From Guillardia theta CCMP2712 (lineage: Eukaryota > Protista > Cryptophyta), in assembly GCF_000315625.1 (NCBI RefSeq), contig NW_005434602.1:181848-245847 (forward strand): 64,000 bases of DNA, read 5' to 3'. Position numbers and translations under genes: made by a program. The notes beneath the pieces were generated by a model, which saw nothing but the letters and a program-made list of their open reading frames with translations, had not been told where the DNA came from and ran no database searches. Positions 56,501-64,000 of the stretch are shown in pieces. Every line of letters starts with the position of its first letter. Positions within the stretch are counted from its first letter, which is position 1.

Positions 56501-59152
56501 GACGTTACTTTCGGGATTACATCTTGAATGAGATGGAGGCTAACAACTTGCAGAAAGTGTTGAATAGGAGAGATTCCATCGACAAGATAATCTTTTCCCT
56601 CCGCAACGCAGTTGCTGAAGAGCAAGGAAACGGAATCAAGAACGTGCTCTCCTTTGACGATGTTGACACGAACGACTTGGAAAGCGACAACAAAGACGAT
56701 CTCTTTCCATTCACTCCTGAGACCAAACTATACTTCAGGATCAAAGCGAAGAGGAAGGAGAGTGCGGATGATGCAGCATCCAGAAAGAAGACTCTAGCGG
56801 CGCATGCTCTCACTGTTGCTGAATCGCACATGGGTGGTGTCCTCTGCATAACATCGTGGTCAAAGAATGGAAACAACTTCATAGCTACTGGTGGGAACGA
56901 TCACAATGTGAATGTTTGGTACTTCCTTTTCAAAGCAGACTTCTTATCACAAAGTTATCAATCATGTAATTTTCTCCACAATTCTCGGCTTGTTGATCTT
57001 AATTACTTCCTGTCTAAATCAGACTCAATCGTCCCCAGCAACTTCTTCCAGCGGTCTCACGTGCTGACGAGTCTCAAGGGGCACGGGCGGGCTGTGACTT
57101 CGCTGGTGTATAGCTCCGGGCTTCTCTTCAGTGGGAGCTCCGACAACTTGATCAAGATCTGGGAGACGCAGAAATGGGAGTGCATACAGACACTGAAGAT
57201 GCACAAGGGCATGGTGACGACCCTGTTACACTCTGAGCAGCACTTGTTCAGCGCTGGATCTGACGGGAAGGTGTTTGCTTGGAGAGTTGGGGAACACCTT
57301 CCATCTGCAAGTTGGGACAGAACAAAGAGAGCTCAGATCTTGTGCATGCACATAGTCGGCGACCTCTTGTATGCTGGCCTCGAGAGGAGATGGGACGAAG
57401 CCGGCAATCCGATCAGAATCTGGAAGATGGATCTCACGCAAGAGGTGGGTCAACTTCCCTCCAAAGAGGTGCAAGAGCTTGACAAGGAATCGTCCAAGAA
57501 CAAGACGCTTGTCAGCATCATCCAGGAAAAGATCCGAATCCTATCCAACGAGACTTACAAAACACACAGTCCGATCAGAAAGGGTGAGTTACACCAGGAA
57601 ATCCAGGAGCAACAAAATCTCAAGAGTACATTGAAGAAGAAGATACAACATCTCCAATCAAACTTCAATCGAATGAATGGGAGTCTCTACCACACCACCG
57701 ACGTGTCCTGCATCCACGCGCCAATTTCGAGCTCTGGGTCAAAACCGAACCTCCTGTTCACCGCGGGATCTGACGTGATTCTGGTGTGGGACCTCAACAA
57801 CAGGATGTGCCTTGGATCTCTAGAAAACGAGAAGGGCAAGAACGTGTTCGTGAAGTGCATGAGCAGCGCCGACAACGTGCTGTACGTGGGAGGAGGTCTG
57901 CTACCGGAGGGCGGCGTCTCGCAGCGAGCAGGTCGCGTAACGGTCTGGAACTGCACGAGCAGGAGGTACCTGACGTCATTGAGCACAGAGGGGGTGGTGG
58001 TAGCGCTACACCTGGTTGAGAACAGCCTGATCGTGGGCACCATGGCTGGCTCTGTCCAGATCTTCACGACCGACAGCAACTCGAGCGCCTTCGATATGCA
58101 CCTGAGGAAGCAGACGCGGCTGGTGGAGGAGCTGCAGATAGACCGGAGCTTGTCTTACGACCAGAAGAAGCACGAGGTACAGCAGGCAAATCGCATCTGC
58201 GACATGTTGGACCTCATCAGGATGTTCTCCTCAGACCCGTCGGTCATCACTGCTCTCCTCGTCAAACTCACCTCCCTCCTCGACGAGAAGAGCCTCGAGA
58301 TCGACGAGGCCATCATTGAAGCCCTGGAAGCGCCATCCACGTCACCTCCGAGCACTACGAGATCTTCAAGATTCAGTTGTACATGCTCAACATCGTCAGC
58401 GTCTTCGATCATCACATCCTCGCCTCCCACGAGACCCTCAGCTCCCCCATCAGGCTGGACAAGTTCCTGCCCATCATCAAGAGGCTACACGGAATGACTC
58501 AGATCCGCACTGCCGGTAACTTTCTTCCCTCCTCCCCCTCCTCCCCCTCCTCCCCCTCCCCTCCTCCTTCTTACTCATTGTTTCAGCCTGCCTGATCATC
58601 CTCGAGCGGCTCTTCACGCCCATGAGTTTCAAGGAGCTGCACGCGCATCGCTCGCACAAGCAGGAGCAGGAGCACCCGGCGGCTCTCAAGAAGCTTCGGA
58701 GCAAGAAGCATGACGCGGGCGATCACCAGCGCAAGGAGACCATGACCTCTCTCATCGCCGAGGAAGCCCTCCAAGTCATCCTTCACTTCGTTCGACACTA
58801 CCCGTCTGACGTCACCTGCATGGAACTCGCCATGGCCGTCCTGCGCTTCAGTGCCTTGGAGTGCCCCGCCATGACGCTGAAGACGATCCAAGGGTGCGAG
58901 GAGGACATCTTCGACGCCCTCGAGCTGATCTGCCTCGAGCCCAAGTTTGAGCAGCACGGGACGAGCATCCTGTCAGACCTCCGGGTGGTCCAGCGACATC
59001 TGGAGCTGAGGGTCAACGGGAAGGTTTTGCCCATGTTGGCAGGCAAGATGACGTCAACGTCCAACACAGTCTTCAAGTATTTTCATCCTGCTGAATCATC
59101 TCATACCCGCCATACAGAGGAGACGTGGAAGCACTTGCTGCATCGCATCTGA
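53515..59152 (+). CDS. NWD/TEP1-like protein: degenerate DUF4062-like + P-loop (NACHT-like) + WD40 repeats + helical C-terminus
   Basis: LLEREVFPLLQWF. Walker A-like LSGSLGVGKSMTMA, IIADGV, S.IPLYV. WD40s (IATGGNDHNVNVW, LKGHGRAVTSL...LFSGSSDNLIKIW, LFSAGSDGKVFAW). Frame shift near 58330, then an intron at ~58515-58586. True start uncertain. Confidence 0.7.
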
Positions 59153-59281
59153 GAGACTTGAACCTTGTTTACTTGTATCATACACATTGGTGACTGATCA
59201 ATGAATATCAAAGTACACGGGACGACCACCGCTGTCCTTCCCCTGCAACATCTAGCTCCTCAATGTACATATTTCTTCCCC

Positions 59282-62200
59282 TCATCGCATTTTCCTGGGC
59301 CATGTCAGTCCGGCAGCAGAAGGGCTTTCTCGAGTCACCTGACTGGCAGTGTCTGCGAGAGCTTCTTGCTGGAGAAATGCTGACGTCATCAACGTCAGTC
59401 GCCTGTTCCCACCCTCCTCAGCTTCGCACCTCGAAGTCTTTCGCTAGGGAGGACGTGTGCTTGAGCGTCATCGACTTGGAGTCTGGACGGGCATCAGCGA
59501 TCAGGTCCAGCAAGGAGGAGGAGGAGGAGGCAGACATTCTGCGGTCGGAGTCTCCGGCGCCTCGAGGAAGGCCTTGTTGCCCTTCGGGAAGGTGAGAGGC
59601 CAGCTGACTTCAGTGATTCCTGACCTGCTGGCGGATGATGGGAGCTAGGTCGGGATGCTTGAAGGAAGGCTGAAAGCTCCAGTCCACACGATTGTTTTCG
59701 AAGTAGAGATCCCCCGACCCCTACCAGCACCTCTCAACTCTCATATGATTGCCTCTCCTCCCTCTGTACCCACCAGTTTGTTCCCTTCGATTCGAAGCTG
59801 GTCGCCGTAGTTCGCTGCAATGTCGTTTCCAACGTATCTCCCCTTCGCTCCTTTAGGTGATTTCAGAAAACAAGGAGGAGGAAGAGGAGGAGGAGGAGGA
59901 GGAGGAGGAGGAAGCCGAAAAGAAAACGAGACTGAGGAGGTTGACGAAGATGATTTCAACGAAGAGAAGAGGAGGAAAGAGGAGGAGGAGGAGGAGTAGA
60001 AGGAGAACGGGGAGGAGGAGGAGGAGGAGGAGGAGGAGGAGGAGGATGAGGAGGAGGAGGAGGAGGAGGAGGACCTGGTTGAAGGTGCAGTCCCACGCCA
60101 TTTCCGTTGTTGATCTGATTCTCAAGGAGCTCTGGGTCCGCATTCTTCTCCACCTGGAAGCTTATCAGACCCTCAGCACTTGCAGAGAGTCACGTGACCT
60201 TCACGCCAGCGCCTGCGTTCATGAAGATGCGGTTCAGCTCGTACACTCCCCTTCCTGTGCTGCCAACCACAAGCCCATCCCCCTGCGCAGGGGCTGAGGC
60301 GAGGCAGGAGGGAGGGAAGGGCAGTCTACCTTTCCGTCGTGAATCAGATTTTTCTTTAGCACAGGGGCTGATCCGCCATCGACTCGGATCGCACAAACCT
60401 GCGAAAAAAGCTTGTCAAACAGGCGATGACTGACACGTTGGGGTCAAAGTTATTGCCTCCCATCATGAATCGACTTTCGTCCTCTACCCACCTGGTTCTG
60501 AAAGAAGTCGTTCCTCTCTATCCTGGCCGAAGACTTCCCGGTGACAAGACAACCATGGAGGCAGCCTAGGTAGATCATGTTCTTCCTCAGCAGTGGGTTT
60601 CCTCCGTCAATCTGAAGCCTCCAGCTCAGCAGGAGCATCGGGCCCACCAGGAACCTCTTACCCTTATCCCCGACTTCTTGTTCTGGTAGATTCTGTTTCC
60701 CCGAATGACTCCGGCTCCCCCCCAGGACACAAGGATCCCGTCCTCGTAACCGTCATGCACGCGATTGTCCTTCTCGATCAGCGGCTTCCCGTCCGACTCG
60801 ATTCTGATCCCTGCTTCCACGTTGAAGCAAACCTGCGCGCTCCCCGTCAGACAGCGTCTTCCTGCCTACTCTCCTCCCCCACATCGTTCCCTTCCAGCTG
60901 CCCCCTGCCGGAATCCGCCACCTGAAATCCGCTCCGCCTGTTGGCTTCAACAAGATGCGTCAGGTTCAAGGAGGTGAGGAGGAGGAGGAGTTGGTAGGGA
61001 TGGAGGAGGAGAGGTGCAGTTGGAAGAGTTGGCGAGGGAGGAACAGGAGACGTACCTGACACTTCGTTCTGGACAAATTTCGGGTTGGCGTGCCGAGTAA
61101 TTACAACTCCCATCAGAGTATTCTTCATGATCCTGTCCAACCGGGTCAACCAAGGAGACACTTCTCTAGGAGAGGTATCATCGTACTTGTTCTTCACGAA
61201 CTCTCCAGTAGAGTAAGACGAGCAGTTGACCCCGTCTGTCTCCCCTTCAAAGATTGCATTTCCCTTGAAGAGTCTTCAAGTCAGAACAGAATGTTGACAG
61301 GCACGGAAATTCTACAGGGGATGAACCCAGCAATGCTAGAAACAGGTTGACTTGTAAAACGTTCACTGACTGGATTTGTAGTCTCCAGACGAGTGTTGTG
61401 AGCAGCTCTCAACTAAATCACTCGCCCTCCTTCTGGATTCTACTGGTATGAAGTGTAATGTACCTCAAAGATCGGGTTTGCTCCGTTCTCCAAAACAACT
61501 CCAGCATGAGAGTTCCTGTAGATCTGTTGCTTGTCACTGTTGTGCTCGACCGGTCAACCTTGTAACACCTGGTTCTCCCTGAACGTTCCTCTCCCGTCGT
61601 TTGTCACCTTCACTCCAACACCTGGCAACACGACCATGACTACTCCTGCTGGAAACGAGCAGGGCAGCTCTCACCGATCCCCTCGTAGATCCTGTTCGCC
61701 TGCACCAGCGGGTTTCCTCCAGTTCGAACTTCGATCCCACACAACTTGTTGAGGAAGATGTCGTTGTCCTCGATCCTGCAAAACTCAGCAATCACCAACG
61801 TCCCAGAGATTCGCAGGAGGCAGAAACAACCTTCCCTCCCCATCATCGGCCACCGTGATCCCCGTCCCCAACCCGTTGGACACTCTGTTGTGAGAGATGG
61901 AGGGGTTGCTCTCCGCGTCGATGTAGATCCCTGCCAGCACGTTCTGAAAGATCTCGTTTCTCCGAATGAAACCATGCCCGTCCCCTGTCACGAAGATCCC
62001 ATGGGCTCTGTTCCTATGAATCGTGTTCATCGACAACGTCGGCTCTCCCCCTGACATGATCACAACCCCCGACCCGTCGTTGTTGCGAATATCGTTGTCC
62101 TCGAACGTCCCCAGACCGTTGCTCATCACCATGATCCCGTCGGCACTCCCCTCGTAGACTGCATTCCCTCGAAAGATCGGCTCTGCCTCGTCATCCACAC

Positions 62201-63251
62201 AAACGTTGGAGGACTTGTTGGAATAGATCTGGTTTCCCATCAGCAAGCCCTTTCCCTTGTCCGTCACGCGAACCCCACACCCATAGGACTGGAAGATCTT
62301 ACAGCGAAGGATCACAGGATCGGCTCCTGACTCGATCTGCAAGTTTGCCAGCCGGCACTCAGCAAACCTGCAGTCTTCCACCCTTCCGGTCGACCCGTCG
62401 CCTACCCAGAGCCCCTGGTGGGCCGAGAACTCGAACTCGCACTTGCTGAAGAACGGGGAGGATCCTCCTTGAACTCTACAGGCCACACCTGCGTCAGAGC
62501 TGAAGCTGCACTCCCTGAAGACAGAGCTGCCTCCGATGATGTCAACAGCCGTCCTAGCAAGCAGGCCTTGCAAGTCCCCGTGATCCTTCATGCGAAAGTT
62601 GATGCGCTGAGATATCGTCAGGCCGAGCACCTGCACTCCCGACGCGTTCACGACGATGACTGGCTCGCCATAGTCGGAGAAGATTCTCGCTTCCGACCTC
62701 ACGTACTCCAAGTCAACTTGGGTAGTGTCTGGGTCCTTGAGTCGTTGGACGTCAGGTATGCGGGGAACAAGGGCAGAAGGGTCGGGAACGGCATTTCTAT
62801 CCTTCACACCCTCGATGCGCAGTCTCTTGTCCAGGAAGAGAGGCCTCGAACCCACAGAGTGCCTTCCAGCTTGAACCACGAGGATCTGACCATCATCGGC
62901 AGCAGCTACTGCTTCCTGCAGAGTCTCGAAGTGGGTAGAGGACCATCCGTCAGGGACCGGATGGCCAGTCACGACGAAGGCAGTTCTGTCAATGAGAATG
63001 CCATCTGGCCGTATGATTTTCCTCTCATTCTGCAAGCAGAGCAGCTCCTGCGAGCTCCACTTGTCCAGCGCCAGCAAGTTTCGCTGCTTCTTCTTATCTT
63101 CCGCACCTTTCCCTCCCGTCCCCAGGATGGCATCATCCCCGAGATCGACATGTCCATACTTGCTCTTTGCCGCATCCAAGGAACCAGCCTCCAGCAGCGT
63201 GTGCAGCAGCCCGCCTCCTCCCTCCCTCGACTCCCCCCCCCTCCTCCTCAT
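59282..63251 (-). CDS. Right-handed parallel beta-helix (PbH1/NosD) repeat protein, FBXO10/FBXO11-like C-terminus (multi-exon)
   Basis: FETLQEAVAAA..GQILVVQAGRH cap followed by many G(I/V)xVxxxGxGxxExNxIxxN / GxxPxxxxNxI repeats. Final exons traced to ...RKMR* at 59282. No F-box recognised. Confidence 0.85.
59874..60073. repeat. (GAG)n microsatellite tracts in an intron of the beta-helix gene
   Basis: Directly seen. Confidence 0.9.
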
Positions 63252-63303
63252 GCCCGTTGCCGAAACTTTGCAACTTCGGTTTTACAACTTTGTTTCAAAC
63301 TTC

Positions 63304-63341
63304 CTTTTCCTCAAAGTTAAGTGAAAATCATTACGTGGACA
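63304..63341 (-). repeat. Dispersed motif, diverged copy F (TGTCCACGTAATGATTTTCACTTAACTTTGAGGAAAAG)
   Basis: About 32/38 match to the consensus on the minus strand. About 55 bp upstream of the ATG at 63251. Confidence 0.85.
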
Positions 63342-63807
63342 CTGAAACTTTGTCATATGAAAGTTGGCAGGAGACTCTGAGTAGAGGAGGCCGCCCTGAC
63401 ACTATCATCGCGGCACAGGCCACACGGCGAGAAGAGAAAAGACAGCGAGAACCAAACCTTCGGTTGACCGTCTTCAAGACTTTTATCCGGCGACTCGGAG
63501 CGGGCCTTGAAGTCCGCTCCTTCGAGCTCTACCCGCTCTCGCGCGACGAGCAGGAGACGTGCGCCGCCCTCAACTACGCGGCCCCGGCCGGACTCCGGGT
63601 CATACTTCAATGTACCGTGACAGCCACTCGCGGCCGCGCCGGACTCGGGCCCGTCACGGTCGGAGGCCCTGGCCGGAAAGAAAGAGTCAAAATAAAAAAG
63701 ACATCACCACAAATAGGAGAGGAGAACGAGACGCCTGGGGATGCTGGAGCGAAGGACTCTCAGACGCAGGGGTGCGGGCGAGACCCGAGACTGAAGCCCA
63801 GATCGTG

Positions 63808-64000
63808 ATGAACTCGATGAACCTTCGAGCCTTCTTCGGGGTGACGTGCGGAGTGCTGTTGCTGATTGTCGTCGTCGTCTACATTGATGGTGCTCAGTAC
63901 TCCGCGGTTGACGTCACGACTTTGATGCAGCTGATGAACTCTACTGGTTTGCTGAGCCCCAATCCAAAGAGCGCAGCTAAGAACAAGCTGTCTGCTCTAG
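63808..64000 (+). CDS. 5' end of a signal-anchor membrane protein (truncated by window)
   Basis: MNSMNLRAFFGVTCGVLLLIVVVVYIDGAQY... remains open to the window end. Confidence 0.45.
   Translation, partial: MNSMNLRAFFGVTCGVLLLIVVVVYIDGAQYSAVDVTTLMQLMNSTGLLSPNPKSAAKNKLSAL

Noticed and set aside
59857-60297. Poly-Arg/poly-Glu/poly-Pro ORFs (also 33603-34985, 4760-5335, 35112-36187)
   Set aside because: Stop-free translations of microsatellites or N gaps, in introns or antisense to real genes.
12719-63341. Dispersed 40-bp motif as a CRISPR repeat or solo LTR
   Set aside because: Copies are kilobases apart with no spacer array or cas genes. It begins with TGT, but similarity ends after 40 bp with no CA end or TSD.

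Overview
Gene-dense eukaryotic nuclear DNA with many ~40-60 nt GT-AG introns (often with a CTGAC-like branch point), purine/pyrimidine microsatellites and two N gaps. Proteins with bipartite plastid-type N-termini and this intron style suggest a cryptophyte alga such as Guillardia (inference). Recognisable genes: a Tudor/Agenet protein built from a near-perfect 969-bp tandem repeat, an RNI-like LRR protein, an STN7/STN8-family thylakoid kinase, a giant UBR4/BIG E3 ligase, an SNM1/PSO2 nuclease, a SAM methyltransferase, an RCC1-repeat/SAM protein, an aquaporin, TMEM256/DUF423, a NACHT-like/WD40 protein and an FBXO11-like beta-helix protein. The most notable items are: (1) an intact, intron-containing Crypton-type tyrosine-recombinase gene that appears to lack the catalytic Tyr (candidate domesticated DNA-binding protein); (2) a ~38-40 bp non-coding motif (TGTCCTCGTACTGATTTTTAACTTAACTTTGAGTAAAG) found six times in full or partial form, always intergenic and always pointing at the 5' end of a same-strand gene; (3) a receptor-like 6-TM protein ending in a RelA/SpoT-like nucleotidyltransferase domain; (4) a decayed REL-endonuclease non-LTR retrotransposon fragment. 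No rRNA, tRNA or CRISPR array was recognised. Exon boundaries were read by eye and are approximate unless stated.
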